Source of the DNA: Balanoglossus misakiensis
Taxonomy: Eukaryota > Animalia > Hemichordata
Assembly: GCA_040954595.2 (NCBI GenBank)
Contig: CM082589.2
Coordinates: forward strand, 2,163,498-2,227,497
Reading direction: 5' to 3'
DNA: 64,000 nucleotides
Shown here piece by piece: positions 42,746-56,808 of this stretch. A program made the position numbers and the translations under genes. The notes beneath the pieces are model-generated. The model saw only the letters and a list, made by a program, of their open reading frames with translations, was not told where the DNA came from and did not search any database. Numbering within the stretch: the stretch's first letter is position 1; the number at the start of each line of letters is the position of its first letter.

Positions 42746-44323
42746 CCCTGTGCTGTCTACAGCGCCCTCAGATGTCCCATACGGGAGAAACCACAGCGTC
42801 TGTACACGTCCGATGATTCCAGAACATCGGGCGATTCAAAAAGTGTGGGATACGTAACGGTTTCTTGTGAAATACGTGTTATCTTTTTCTAATGACGTAT
42901 TAAACATATGATAGGCTCTCATTTCCCGCCAAGAAAATATCATGTGACCATTTGACCTTTTGCCGTTATCAGCGATTTAATCTCAAGGGACGCTACAGGA
43001 TGCTGCCGATTATTTTTAGTTAATTTATTCACGACATTTGTTGACAGAACTGACTTGACCTACCTCGAATTTTGTGAGAAAAATTGTGGCATATGCCGAA
43101 ATAATTTGATTTTTCTTAAGGATGACGATTAGGAAGAATTTTTAGGACTAAAAAATGTTGAAACTGCTAGCGATTTTGATGAACATGAACGGGAATGGGA
43201 AGTTTTGAATTTTGAGGCTGCGGCCGTTGAACTTTCACCGGAAGCACCGGGCGACTTGCGCAACGTTCGTTGGTAATATCGGAGATTTAATTTTATTAAA
43301 TTATCACTGTTTTTTTCGGAATCTGGTCCTAACCATTGTTTGGAAATAGGTACCCATTTTTTGGCAGTTGATTGCCCAGAATTTTATGAAGCATCTTGCC
43401 AACGAGATCGTGCTACACAATGTCAACAAGTCCACGCTGCTGACTCGAATCTAAAATCAAGGCTGATGAAATATACGGGAGTTTTAATATTGACGTGAAT
43501 ATTTTTATACGTGTTCGCTGTTTTCCACACGTCAAATTAGTTCACTGGTGACAGATTTCAAGTACCAGGCATCGCTAAGATCATGCTAATGAGCAGATAC
43601 AAAAAACTTTGCGAGTATTTTCCATGTAAACAACAATGACCTCGTTTTGTCCTGAGGTGACCTGATCGTGATCGCGTGTTCAAAAACCGGCCCCTGTTAG
43701 AGATCGTTCATCTATCATTTCCAGCCAAGTTTTATGCATTTTAGGAGCTGTCCATTGATCAGGCCACGGTGTAATTCAAAGAAAACGGCCATATGATATA
43801 AATGCCTGCAAAACCAGTCGAGTGGGAGTTCAATGCGTATGCATTGCAATGAACATAGTTGCATGTTATCAGATTGGCTACTGCTTGAGCGCGAGCAGTT
43901 CAGCTGACTGGCAACTGACATAAAGCCATGTTACAACACAGAAGTGTAAAAGGGATAACAAAAACTATAATAAATAGTATAAATAAGACAACCAGACTCT
44001 ATATTTTGTTCATGTTGATTCCAAGACAAACTGTAGTTGCTGAACAAAAAAAATAAAATTTTCTCTAAACCGTGTTCAAGAATATTCAGTAAGGTCAAAT
44101 GTAGTGGAATTTTTATATTTTCATAATCATTTTAGCATCATTTGAGAGCCCATTTTTTTAGCTTTCATATGGAAATATGTTGCTATAGTCAATTTTTAGC
44201 TCAATTTTGGTTATATTGAAGAAAAGAAAACACTGTCAGTCATTGAATAATATTTTCTAATTTGAGTGGAAAGTTCTGGTCTCCACTGTGCATTGTTATG
44301 CAAATGAGCTGGGCTGCATAGGG
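42746..44323 (+). mobile_element. Decayed, internally deleted piggyBac DNA transposon (~1.58 kb)
   Basis: Flanked by TTAA at 42742-42745 and 44324-44327. The ends are CCCTGTGCTGTCT and GGGCTGCATAGGG (reverse complement CCCTATGCAGCCC, 9/13 match), giving the canonical TTAA|CCC...GGG|TTAA structure. Transposase remnants lie inside. Confidence 0.85.
43090..43860 (+). pseudogene. piggyBac transposase pseudogene (PGBD4-like, DDE_Tnp_1_7), N-terminal half with stops and frameshifts
   Basis: Manual translation gives collinear piggyBac-like blocks: acidic DDD*EEFLG; SESGPNH; PIFWQLIAQNFMKHLANE (cf. PxxFFxLFxxxxLxxIVxETNxYA); NIFIRVRCFPHVKLVHW; FQVPGIAKIMLMSRYKKLCEYF/HVNNN (cf. MxRxRFxxIxxxLHFxDN); and, from 43661, PDRDRVFKNRPLLEIV...ELSIDQATV*FKENGHMI*MPAKPVEWEFNAYAL (cf. 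DxLxKIRPL...LSIDExMxxFKGR...YMPxKPxKWGxK). The first catalytic Asp codon is at 43757-43759. Confidence 0.85.
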
Positions 44324-47300
44324 TTAAGGAGTCTTTCATATGTCAATTTAAGACAGTTTCCGCGCGCAAAAAAAACCTGAAACATTCTGACGTGTGCAGC
44401 CTGCTTTCCTAGGCAGTCTTTGGAAATTTAGCTCGTCGATTTAAAAGGCCAGAGGAGTCATTGAGTGTTCTCACGCGAGATTTACATTGCAAATGCCTTC
44501 TGGTTGTGTCTTAAGCTTGTCACCTGTATTCATGAATACAGTTGTATAATAATGTGCACATTCAGATTTTCTCGTGCAATGTCGCATGGCTGATTTTTTG
44601 GCAAGATCGAAACCCGCCCCTTTTCAATTAACAACGTCAGGCAAGGTCGAACTGTGGAAATTCTTGGGCGTACAGAAAACCACGTTAAAATAGGTCATGT
44701 TCAGAAGAAGTTACATGCTATTATTGTAACCACTTAACGTACACTATATGAACTTTTAAGAACTACGGCAAGCTGTATATCTGCAAACTTAAGGTAGGAC
44801 GGGTTACCAAAGACACATAATTCCTTGGTCTTATTTCTGATCGAATTTATCGCTACAAAACCAAGCTAATGAGTAGATCAAAGTTATTAATTACCTGTCC
44901 ATTATTAAAAGCTAATCATGAAATGAAATGACATTGCAGCGATAAAGTATTTGGAAACGATTAATCATTTATAAGTACCTGTCAGCGTCAGAGTTTTGGT
45001 CATAAAATATAAGGTTACCTACATGCAAAACTGTCCCACTCTGGCCATCTGACTGTCTGTCTGATGGATGGACATCTGCAAGATGTTCTAATTACTAGAA
45101 AAGAGCTATCTTTAACGCTTGCGTGGTGTTTACACTTACAGGTTTTCTGGGATTGGTAACCACCATAAGTTACAAATTACATACTACCCTCATATATCAA
45201 CCAGATTGTGTTTCGTCATCCGATTATAGATAAGTACGATAATTGGACGTTGCCGCCTCAGTTGGTTGAAAATTTGCCTTTTGTCTTTCGCACACTGAAA
45301 ACGCCCACAGGAAATTACGCATCAAAATCTTCGCGGATTGCACTTTATTCAACACATATTTCAATTGGAAGCTTGACGTGGATATGACTTAAATTTGTCA
45401 ACGAATTTCAGGGAAAGCATATCCCGAGGGAACTTTCCCCAACATTCAGATGTTCATGACGTCATGGCATTAGTTGATACAGTCAATAACTGATTGGATT
45501 TCATTGCGTCTTCCGGTTGCTCGGGATTGTACGTGAAGATTTTACCTATGGCACTTTTGCGCAAATTCAACCGCGAATAGCACCATCTGAAATGTCAGAA
45601 TATCAATTTCAGAGCATCGATTCATCTAGATATTAGACTATGTCTTAAAGCTCTGGTTTTGCTTGAGTGTACTGAATCGCCCCCATGTCAATGCACTTAG
45701 AATACAAACGTACATGAATACACCTGTATTCGCAAGCCGCGTTTTCTACACGAGTACAAGCAAACGACCTTGTGAAAATTCAGGTCAACTTCGGAGCACA
45801 CGGAAAACGTATCGTCCAATAAAACAATCAGTATCAGTCACAACAGATAGACATCAAAGAGTTCAAGATATACGAGTACTTAATTATAATTGAGACCTGC
45901 ATGCTGATACTACGCTTATTATAGATGCACAACATGGTATAGACCGTGGCTGTGTGGTCGCTGTTGAGTTAAATTGATGGGAGGGGTGGGGGTCTTTTCC
46001 GGATGGTGGGGCTGGACAAAAAACCTCCAATGATTGATTACTACACGATCTGGATAAAACCATAATCATTTATATTAAAATGTGGCTTAATGTTCTTAAA
46101 TGAATCGGCAATTACCACCACCTGACTATTTTTTATTGGAATATATATTATCATTGCATCCTGTGATATAGAGATATGGGTTATTTCGCCTGGTTGTGTT
46201 GACATTAAATGTTCTATATTTAGACGTCTCCACATACAATTGAGACTGAGTAAACGCTCATGTTTATAGTCGAGAACATCGCGATTAAAGTGATACAAAC
46301 AATAAATTTGATACCAATGATTATGACTTAAACATTAATCTGTATCTTCCGTCGTATAAATTGTGATCTTATGAGTGTGTTACTGTACAATATAGTGTCT
46401 ATAAGCTCTTAATCTGACAAAACGAATATGAGATTTTAATATATTTTATATTAATAACATCGGGTCTTTGATGTTTTGGCAGCCTCTTTTCCTATCCTAA
46501 AATATTTATATATAATAACGCACACTAACTTAAGAGAGGTCGCGCATTTGGTAGGTAGGTATATTTACGGGCTTTTAGTAATTTTAGTAATATCGTGATG
46601 TTCGTGGGCGGGAATATCCTTATAAGAAATGTAGGAGGCTAAATCATATTAGAAAACGTCGAAAGGAAATTTGACGTTTTCAGTGAAAGCAAACTGATGT
46701 CACATGTGTCATGTTGTTTGATCCAATTAATCACATTTCATTCTTTGAAAACATCAACAATTGAAACATTATAGTCCTATGACCCACTTGTTGAATGCAC
46801 GTTTTGGTATCGCTTTGAGACAAGCTCTTTAGATAATGTGCTATGGACATATTTCACATAGCACCAGCATGACTTTATATTGTTCTATGCAGCATATGAT
46901 CAGAGAAGATGGATGACGCATGCAGTTGGATATTTAAAACATCTACTTTAACACAAAGTCAACAACATGATCAAGTGATCTATACATTTGCTGTCAGTGT
47001 ACACAACATATACAATTCAAAGACGCGTGATTCAAATAGATAACAGGGAAAGGCAAAAAGCCCCATACGTGTATGTAGCTGTTGAAAAGTCCCACGATTG
47101 ATGGACAAATCCAGCCACAGATGGTTCCCTGCTTTTAGCGCAGAGGAGCAGATATCCATCATCCGATAGAAACTGTGAGAGCAATTGATGCAATCACCCT
47201 ATCTCGCTGATGGTGCATGCATGCATTGTCTCTTCAATCAAACATGCCACCAGTTGTGTATGAAACGCTCTTACGGTTTCGACACAGCATGACTGACATT

Positions 47301-48489
47301 TTGAAATTGTTGTTTTAATTGTTGTCGATTCCCTGATGGCAATTAAAATAACAGTGACAATATTTAATGTACGAACATCAATTTTGTAGTTTGTCAAACG
47401 ACTTCCTTCGTATCGACGAGCAGTATAATTTGCTTCCGGAGTGGAGTGCCTTCATGCCAATGTAAAGGACAAATAAACCCCATAAAATACTTTATGATTG
47501 CACACTTGACTTGCTCTGTTGAGATGTCACATCGAATAAAGCCAGGAATGTAAGAAATGTAAGTGCACATCACATCAAACTGTCACCTGTGCTTTCCAAA
47601 CAACTCGTTCGTTTCACACCCTAATATCTGTTTCCGTAAGGAGTTTATCTCAGTCCATTTCACAATGCGTCGTGATGCTTTTTTAAAAATACAGAAAACT
47701 AGTAATGCGATACGCAAGGAAAGAGTGCCAGATTATCTCCTTTTGCAAAATACTGTGTATGTAAACATACAATTATATGAAGTAAACGCGGAGCTCATTG
47801 AAAAGAAAGTTACCCATGGCAATTGAGTATGAAATTGATGTCATATTTGACAGGATGTATAGTTTGTCTAAAGCATTTTTGTTTTCTCTCAAATGTTTCA
47901 CTTCACACTAGCAGAAGTACATGTACACTGTATGTCCTCTTTGGCTAATAGTTTGGCGAACCTTTCCTCAGTCTATTTGAAACACACAGTGCTCCACACG
48001 CGGAGCTTTTATAAATTCATGGCCGCGGGATGCCCTCAACAAAGACATATATTACAATCCAGATCACTTCACGCGTATGTCTCCATCACGGAACAATTTT
48101 AAAACGCATTAAGGACGCGTGCTGGCTAGCAGCGTTCAATTTGTAGAGCTCCACGCACTGATTAAATCCAGGAGCATGCATGTACACTTGGAATTTACAC
48201 ATTTATGTGTTTGCAGATGGACAGTGAAGCAAATTCAATAATTGCTCCATTGAACCTCTGGTGATTGTCATTATTAACCGTGCAATTCTTCTGGCAAAGG
48301 GCAACATCTCCTTACCGACCGACTTCAGCTCAGTCTATAGGCGGAGCGTAAAGTCGTTGTAAAACGCACAAGGCAGTGTATGTTTTCTGTGTTAAATAAG
48401 TAGTTTTCCTACTACTAAAGTAATCACACCCGTAGAAAAATCATAAAAAATAGAATTTACTCCCCAGACAAAAATATGCCCATAGGAAA

Positions 48490-48689
48490 TACTGTAAAAC
48501 ACTTTTTTTTCGCGAGTCAAAATTTTCGCGATATCGAGAGAGGCCACTGTTACGCAAGTATTAATTTTCACGTTTTCACACATTGTTCTTTCACAACTAT
48601 ATGTACGCTAGTCTTTATTGTCGCGTTTTTTTGGCTCTCGCGCATTTAGCGTAAATTTAATACTCACAAAAATAAAGTGTTTTACAGTA
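48490..48689. mobile_element. MITE (~200 bp) with TA|CTGTAAA...TTTACAG|TA termini
   Basis: Perfect 18-bp inverted repeat: AATACTGTAAAACACTTT (48488-48505) and AAAGTGTTTTACAGTATT (48674-48691). Internal TTTTCGCG-like subrepeats. A TA target duplication is consistent with a Tc1/mariner-type non-autonomous element. Confidence 0.85.
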
Positions 48690-49573
48690 TTCACACGCAA
48701 TAATCAGTCACAAACTGATCTGCGTTTCAACCAATGAAAGTTCTATACAAATTGCTGTCAGCCCAAGGTGATGTGTCATTTTGATTCGGTACGGTGATCC
48801 TGGGAGTCGCGGCCACGCATTTACTTTTACGAAGGCAAATCTGTATACCCAATTATGCCAATATATACATAATACAGAAAATAACTTTTGTTATCAAATG
48901 AATAACTTTTACGCATTTCATGGGACTGTTTGTTTGCAAGAAATTTAAAACGAAATGAAGAATTTTACAGAAAGCGGCTCCACAAAGATCGGGCAATGAC
49001 ACGTCACCTTGATTATAAATAAGACAGCGTCTTACCTAAGTGCAAATTTGTTGGATCTTTTACTAGAATAACCACGAACTCCTGGTAACTTTGGTAGATT
49101 ATCGACCCTGGATTGGTGCGTGATATCGATGGTGACGTCTCGGGGAACCCAGTGCCTATAGGGACAGCGGAATCTTCTAACACACGACGATGTAGCGCTG
49201 ATGTGGATCTGTAGCGCACAAGAACGCAGATTCCTGTATCCACTCTACGTGAACACGCCTCACAGCTCAGTGTGTCGCTGGTAACACTCAGAGAGACACC
49301 TGGCGCCGTCTACGTGTAGAGGTCTCGACGGAGACAGCACTGTGTGAATTGTCCTGGGGGAGATTCGACCGCTGTGAGACTGCGCTGTTCGTTCATACGC
49401 ACGGTTCTTATCACTCCACCTGGAAAAACGCATATGACAGACGTGCTAAACCACAAAAGGCTGTAGGCAATGGGTTCAGCTTAGCGGCATCAAACCGTTG
49501 TCAGTATTCATTAATATAATGGTGTGACGTAGCTTGATAACTTTCACGTCATTGGTGTAACGTTGACCCAAAG

Positions 49574-49761
49574 TACTGTAAAACGGGGAAATTTTCGCGA
49601 CAGGATATTTTTGCGACATCAAAAGTGGCAACTGTTACGCGACATTAATTTTCACGTTCGCTTATTCTCCGGAAAACATTTTTACGCAACTTTTTATTTT
49701 CGCAATTTTTTGGCTCTTACCTTGTTCGCGAAAAATTATCATTCGCGAAAGTTTCCCATTT
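49574..49761. mobile_element. Second, diverged MITE of the TA|CTGTAAA family; right terminus truncated
   Basis: Starts TACTGTAAAACGGGGAAATTTTCGCGA and ends TCGCGAAAGTTTCCCATTT (imperfect inverted copy lacking the terminal TACAGTA). It shares internal motifs with the 48490 element: ACTGTTACGC-N3/4-ATTAATTTTCACGTT and TTTTTTGGCTCT. Confidence 0.7.
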
Positions 49762-52700
49762 CCTGATGAGTGGAGGGGGTGGACAAAATGACACAAAGAC
49801 ACCTTAAATTCAATGACAGAAAATATAATGAACAGTAATTCTATCAAAATTCAAAATGTACACAATAATATTGTCGATTACAATCTCGTTACAAGGAATT
49901 TTCTATCTCTAAATTGAATGAACTCGCTTGTCCTCTCAATGCATCTAAGTATTTCCAAAAAAAATATTGATCAAAATGTAAAAGCTCTATGTTACAGTGA
50001 AAACGAGTAAGACTTTCTTTAAGAGTCACTGCTCATTTCAAGTTCATAAACGAATGTGTGAAGCGATATCAAGATTTGGCGATGGGGGCGCTGTCCATGA
50101 CGCAACAGTCGCGGCGATTTGCTTTCAAAATCCAACGGAATTTCCTCTATCAATGAGAAAAACGATCAAAATTCACTTGTCGAGAACGCTCTGAGTGCCT
50201 TCAAACGTGAAGTAAAACACGGCGACAAAGCGTCGATCAATTCCGTGATCGAGTGTTCCTGCTCGTAATATGATTCGTCCAAAGTTTTAGACAATGGGGT
50301 TGATTTAATTATGCGCTGCACTCCCCACGCAATGAATGGCCGTAACTTTATCAAATCCAGTCCGATTTTCACACGAATTGTGTTAATGGAATCGTACTTA
50401 CATCAGCTTTCAATACGTGAAGCATCGGCGTTGAGAAACCTGTGCGAGTATCCGTAGTCGTTGGATCTCGGCGATTGGTGTCTCCAAAGTCTGATCGGTT
50501 TCAGCAATCAATTTCATCAACGTCAACGGGTTCATTCAGGGACAGCATGCCTGTGGTTCAAAAGAGTCGATAAAATAATTCTCACGTCGGGATCTCATGG
50601 AAAAATAGCTCAAATATTGTCAGTTAACATCCGGCTCACCTCGATTCCCCTATAGATGCAATTTCGTCGCATAATTCTGCCGATGGATCGGATTTTTGTG
50701 GGATACCACTCCCATCAATACGATCAAACAACGGCCATATTAAATTTTAAAAAGTTCCCACTCACTCTCTATAGTTGCACGCCGTATACACCCGCCAAAC
50801 TTTTGGCGAAATACAAACGCCTAGACGGAATGAATTTAACCTTCCAGCGGCAAATATCAGTCTATAACAATATAAGAGCTTCTATGCAGAAACGTGACAA
50901 CTTAAAAATGGATACCTCATAAAAAAATAGAGTAAACAACTGCGGACTACTTCAATGCGCAATCACAATAACAAGGTAAGTCGGTAATTTGAATTGTATC
51001 AAATATAAGATATACGTTGGGTCATTCCACTACGCTCTGAGGGGGTGCACATTCAATGATATTATACTATACACACACTTTGTGTGCGCCTGTACTAGGA
51101 CCAGTGAATGACTCGTAACCATGGGAACGACAACGAAGAAGTGCAAGCTAATTTTGTTCAAAATTAAACCCTGACACTGAACATATGACCGAGGAATGCC
51201 TGTGATGCCCAGAAGTTGCAAGCGTATGGATGAGTCAAAGCATTGGCAGAAATTGATAGATCTAACCCTTTACCAACAAATCAAATCCTGCACAGATGTC
51301 TGGGAAAATTGAATACACCACACCATTGATGAAAAATGAGATACATATATCAATAAATCATAGCACAAAATTAAATTTAACGCCTGATTAAATTTCATCT
51401 TGTACAAACAAGGTTGCTTGAGAGATATGATGAACACATGGGTGGGAATTAAGTCTACCATTCTGTCCAGATGAATAATTAAATAGGAGAGTCACAGCAG
51501 AAGAAATTGATGAATTTCTCTTGCTCGTGTTATTGAAATATCTAGTTCTTCGTTTTCCTTATATACAAGTATTAATCAACCTCGATATTGCCAGATCAGT
51601 TTTAAATTAAAAGCGTCCCAGTGAATGCAACGAGAGGTGGAGCGGAAAGTTTTGACACCAACTCCAATGGTTCCGGAACACCCACAAAGGAAGTAATTAC
51701 AGTTCATGCAGCCGGTCGTTTGAGGTCGTGTTTTGTAATTTGTGCAATACCATAGATGACACCTGGTTCATTATTAGTCACCTAATTTTTTTCTGTACCT
51801 TGCTATCGATTCTGATTTGTATTATGCATTTGTCATTTATCCACAGGCTTCTAAATGATGGGTCAGTCGGTCTGACAGAGAGGAAGAAACCCTCTTGAAC
51901 ACAAAGCCCCAATAACTTGACTGAGCTAAACTAATCTGTTTCTACAGGGCAAAATATTTACTCTGCAGTCTAGACGCGCTGTAGTTAAGGTGTCAATAAA
52001 CGGACTGTGTACGGGCCACCGTATACCGGTATTCAATATCACGTGCATTCAAATCAAGAGTGAACCCAGCTCACACAACCGAGATTTCAGAGCAGACTGC
52101 GTCAGCGAAATGTATGGTTATACCGTGGTAGAATAAACAGCATTGCCTATTTACCTAACTGTATTGCCCACACGTGGTTTGCGTGTTGCTTAATGTCAAA
52201 CAGTCATGTTCGATTGTAATTAATTCTACAGAATATCCTGACGTCTTCATTAAGAGCACGTGCAAACACTTATGAAGAATTGCTTACAAGATATATATTA
52301 CGTGGGTCTGTTTCGTACTTTTACCTCGCGGACTTAACATGTTACGGATGCAGGTGCTAAACGGTTGTTACCATGGAATCGAAATGTCAATGAATGATAA
52401 TTATTGCAATATCACCATGATAGCATTAGATATGGAAACATGCTTTCATCTTCAATTTACTGCACCACTTATATTTAGTTTTCAATTATTTTAAAGCGTA
52501 AAGACACTGGGAAGATTGCTCAATTTTAGGAATCGCGCATTTGGCCAACACTTGAACGGCGACACTTTTACTGTTGATCGTAAATCACAGCCTTAATTAA
52601 TCAGCCCATTTGTAGCGAGTTCTCACTACAGAGCTGGTCAATACCTCCATTTTGCCCTGGGGGGTTGCTCATAAAATGTCTGCGTGATTCCTCTCGTTAA

Positions 52701-55118
52701 TGTTGAATTGAACTCCACGTTCAAATACGATTTGCAATTGTTAGACCATGAAATCACCGGATATAGGTCCCACGGAAGAGAAAATGAATGATCCAGATTA
52801 AACGTTTGGTTTTTCGACTCATGGACAACACACAGTCTGGTGTTAGCAGATGACTGAAGCAGTTATAGCCTATTTGCGCGTTGATGTGGCGCTATCATCT
52901 AATAAGACCTGTATTTTATCTTCCAGGCAGACAATTCTATCATGGGAAAATTTATGGGTTTTCAAAGTGTTCAGGGCATCAGAATTGTTTCGATGTTACT
53001 GACAAGACGCCGTGCGAAGATAAAATTCGCATCTGGAGGGAACTATTACTGTATTCACTCACACACAAATTGACTTGTAAATGTACAGGCATTTAGTTGT
53101 GTTGAAAATTATAACACCCAGAGGCGGATCGTGCTATTATCTGTTACCGTTGTCTAGTTATGTTTCAGTAAATCGTTTGGGAGTTTGTAGATCACTGCGG
53201 CATGCTTGGCTGATTTATTTTCCTGCTGTCCATGCAGTGATATCGTACAGGGCCACGATTCACAAAATAAATGTTATGTCCCGTGTAATCGTACGACGAA
53301 GATACTTTCCAAACCACATGACGTCGAGGACGATATACTTAAGTGAACAAAACGCCTTTGTCGCTTGAAAATGGTGCTGAAAAGTGACAGACACGGCCGC
53401 TTTTAGTAATTACGAGAGTATCACGGCGATGCACAACATGTGGGCGACAACCAGAAAATTGCTGTACTAGGCACACACTGAAAACGCTTACCTCTGACCC
53501 TTCTATCTTTTGGTATCCTTGCGTTCGGTGCTCACTCGCTCGTCTGTGTGACAGGGCCGTTTTCGTTGTAGGTTTACCCGGTAACGACAGCCCTGTTTTC
53601 ATTCAGCTTCCTCGTCAACAAGAGCTGAGACGTGGGTTTGGAAATACACGTGTATTTTGACGACAAGACTCCGTGGACCGACCACCTTCTTCACGCGAGA
53701 TGCCACAGTATGGCCTGAAGGACGAGACTGTGTCAGGGATGGCAGGTGTTAAAGCCATTTCGGTAAACGCTCTCGACGAATATAGTGCAAGCCCGCAAGT
53801 TAAACCCAGCTGTGATTGTTCAATGAGGCGAGCCCCTTTGATCGCACACAGCCATACAGCAGAGGCCAGGTCACCGTAAAATACAGAATTAATTCAAAAC
53901 AAACAGTGGGAAGTTAGGAATCGACGAACCATAGTCACTTCCTCTATTCCCATGGTGTATAGTAAATAGGAAACGCCCCCAAAATATAGTTATATTAAGC
54001 TAGCGCAAATATCCATCACTTATACACGTCCTACATGGATGGTGGCCCATTTCTTTGACCATATTTGCCACACCTGTCGTAAAATAACTTTCGAGAAAAA
54101 GGGAGGATAAATTATCTGCTTACATCTTTTCATAGCCTCATATTCCACCAGGACAAATAATTGCATTTTATTGGTGAGCTTTACTGTAATATTGCTACTA
54201 CTAAAAACATGGCGAGGAATGACAAAAACTTACCAGGTGGAGCTCTTCCAAATAAAAGGGACTTCAGAGACACGCCAACGTTTGTGCCAAGCTTCCTTAC
54301 GTGCGAGTTACAATGCAGACCCTTCGGGCATAACTCGCTAGAATTTACGGAACCAGAAAAAAACAAGAAACCGTGTGTTGTCCCCGAGCCGTAAATTGCC
54401 AGAACGCACGACTGAATGAAGCTCCGGATGAGACCCGCTGAGTGTGCAGATGGATTTGCAATTGTTGATGTAATGCGAGGCGAGCGGTCGCCACGTGAAC
54501 AGGTACATTAATTCGGGGGATATTTCATCAGAACCATCCAACAGAACGCAGTTAGAAGCCGGGCGAAACTATCCTGGAGAGGAGGTAGTAGTTATCATTC
54601 CGGTCGGCATTGTAAAAAATGTAGAACATCTCACGATTTCAAAAAACACAGATTTTCTAAGCTATCACGTCTCTCTTCGTGAATCACATTTTTTTAAATA
54701 TATGCAAACAAAGTTTTAAAATTGTTCCCAATTCAATAGTAGCATTGATGAAAACAACGATAAAGTACATGACTTTTAGAATTATTTGAATCGTGCATGT
54801 TAAAATGTCTCCTGTGAGAGGAAGTAAAGGTCGACGTACTTCCCGTTGGTCAAAAAAGGGCGACGCTACTCTATGGGAATGAAAGTGGTCCAGACACAGT
54901 GTGAGAGATGTGATTAATGGCAGGAACAAATTCGAATCCCGTCGCATATATGGAACGAGACTAGCACTTCTAAAAATGATAAATTGTACTGAAGTCACCC
55001 GCTGATAAATCTTGATTACCTGTCATAGGAAAATGCAAATTAGATGTGCTACTGTGTATTGAGGTCTGTCACGTGATAAACCGGCCGTCCTCTGCCCTTG
55101 TATCTCTATCGTATTTTG

Positions 55119-55157
55119 CCCCCCCCCCCCAAAAAAAAAATAAAATAAAATAAAATA
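55119..55157 (+). repeat. Poly-C / poly-A / (TAAAA)n compound low-complexity run
   Basis: C12, A10, then taaaataaaataaaata. Other homopolymers: poly-G near 22076-22088 and poly-C at 61737-61752. Confidence 0.85.
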
Positions 55158-56808
55158 CCGTATGTTTTGGATTCATGTCTTTAAGTTTTGTTGTCTTTCA
55201 ATTAATTTTTATTATTTTATCCCCTGGTTGTGGATTGTGATTGACACTTTCGACACACTGGAGTCCTCGTAGCGGATAGTTGTTTGGTGAAATTGGGTTA
55301 TCCAAATTCCCTTTACATATATATTGGACATATGTATCCGCAATGAATAATTAACCCAAATAAAGGACTGAATATTTCATCCATAAGTTCATCTAAAACC
55401 CAAAACACATGTTTCTTACAGGGTTTGAATTTCTTTTTTCTTTACAGCACAATCAATCATTTTGATTTATTGTCAGTAGACTGATAAATTACACTCTTTG
55501 TCAAATAAACATATGCATTCTTAAAATAATTCATTTCATTTCAGTTGTCGTAAAATCAATTCTGGCTGTAAGTTGACGCGTTTCTGTATTGTTAATAAAG
55601 GGACCATCTGCCACGGAAGATCCAGGGTGCAGCAAGAATTATTTGATTTTCCGAGTACATTGTATATTGAAAGCAAAGGAACAGTATCTATATTTATGTC
55701 GGCGCTTGCATGAAAGACGGACAATCGTCGGAGCAGGTGCCATTTGTCACCGCGTATTGCGATCGTTTTTCCTCATTTTAAATTCGTTTTGTAAGTGTAT
55801 CTGTGGAGGAGTAGAGAATAAAACTGTTCATCCTTGTATGCCTAAAGCAGTCTTTATTCACCAACGTTTAAAACCCACACATGGACTATAAAAGTGAGAA
55901 AAAATGTCGTAGCCAGCAGCAAACATATTGAAAATTTCGCATTGCCCGTTTCAAAGGTGCCTAAGGGTTTTCGAAAACTACGAACATCCGGACAACTCGA
56001 CTAAATTTTCGATGACGTTATATTGGTAATTTGCTACTTTCCGCCAGGGGGTAGTAGCGGGTCCATAAGAAGCAACTTCCTTATGACACGTTCTGTCGTG
56101 ACTGGCCGTGATAAGAACCAATTGAATTCCAACAGGAAGTTGATTAGTGAACTTTTCTAAGATATTGTGATGAATTGAATGAAAACCGATAAAATATGGG
56201 ACTATTTCTAAAATAGTGTGAACATTTGATCACGCTCCCATTTCCTGTCTAGCTTCGAGAGCAGCTGTATCTGCCTTTATGCATGTACATGTATATTAGA
56301 AGGAAACAGAGTCGTGAAGTGTGCATTACTCTCCTCGCCACCTCCTCGGATTAGTCAGAGCCTAAAACCATTGATGATTACACTGTATCACAGACTCCGC
56401 GGCGCAAGTGGTTAAAAAATATGGCGCCCAAAAATCTGAAACGAAAATTTGATTACTCGTTCATCTCCGACATCCTATAGAAAATTGTTGTTTTAATCGA
56501 TACTAATTAATTAAATTAAAGAAAATGATAATAAAATGTGTGATTTATATCGAGTTAGCAGGTTCAAAAAACTGCTTCGATGAACTACTCTTGACTAGAA
56601 TTTGAATTTGAAGATCAATTCCCGAAGGGAACACTCATGCTTTAATGGTGATTAAATTTGTTTGAATAGTGATTCTTTAAGAGCCCTAAATATTTTTTTT
56701 ATTTCTTGCTCATCTCGGTGGGTGTGTACTTCAATAAGCATATTGCACACACCTACTGTTCACATAGTCAAAGCACAGACAAATAGAAAAGTCTGTGGTC
56801 AAAGGGAA

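Noticed and set aside
44789-44830. TTAAGGTAG, a Kolobok-like left end
   Set aside because: No matching right terminus found nearby.
45578-45599. TAGCACCATCTGAAAT, a 16-nt match to the 5' part of vertebrate miR-29a
   Set aside because: The 3' end diverges and the upstream sequence offers no complementary 5p arm. miR-29 is a 3p product, so no precursor hairpin can form.
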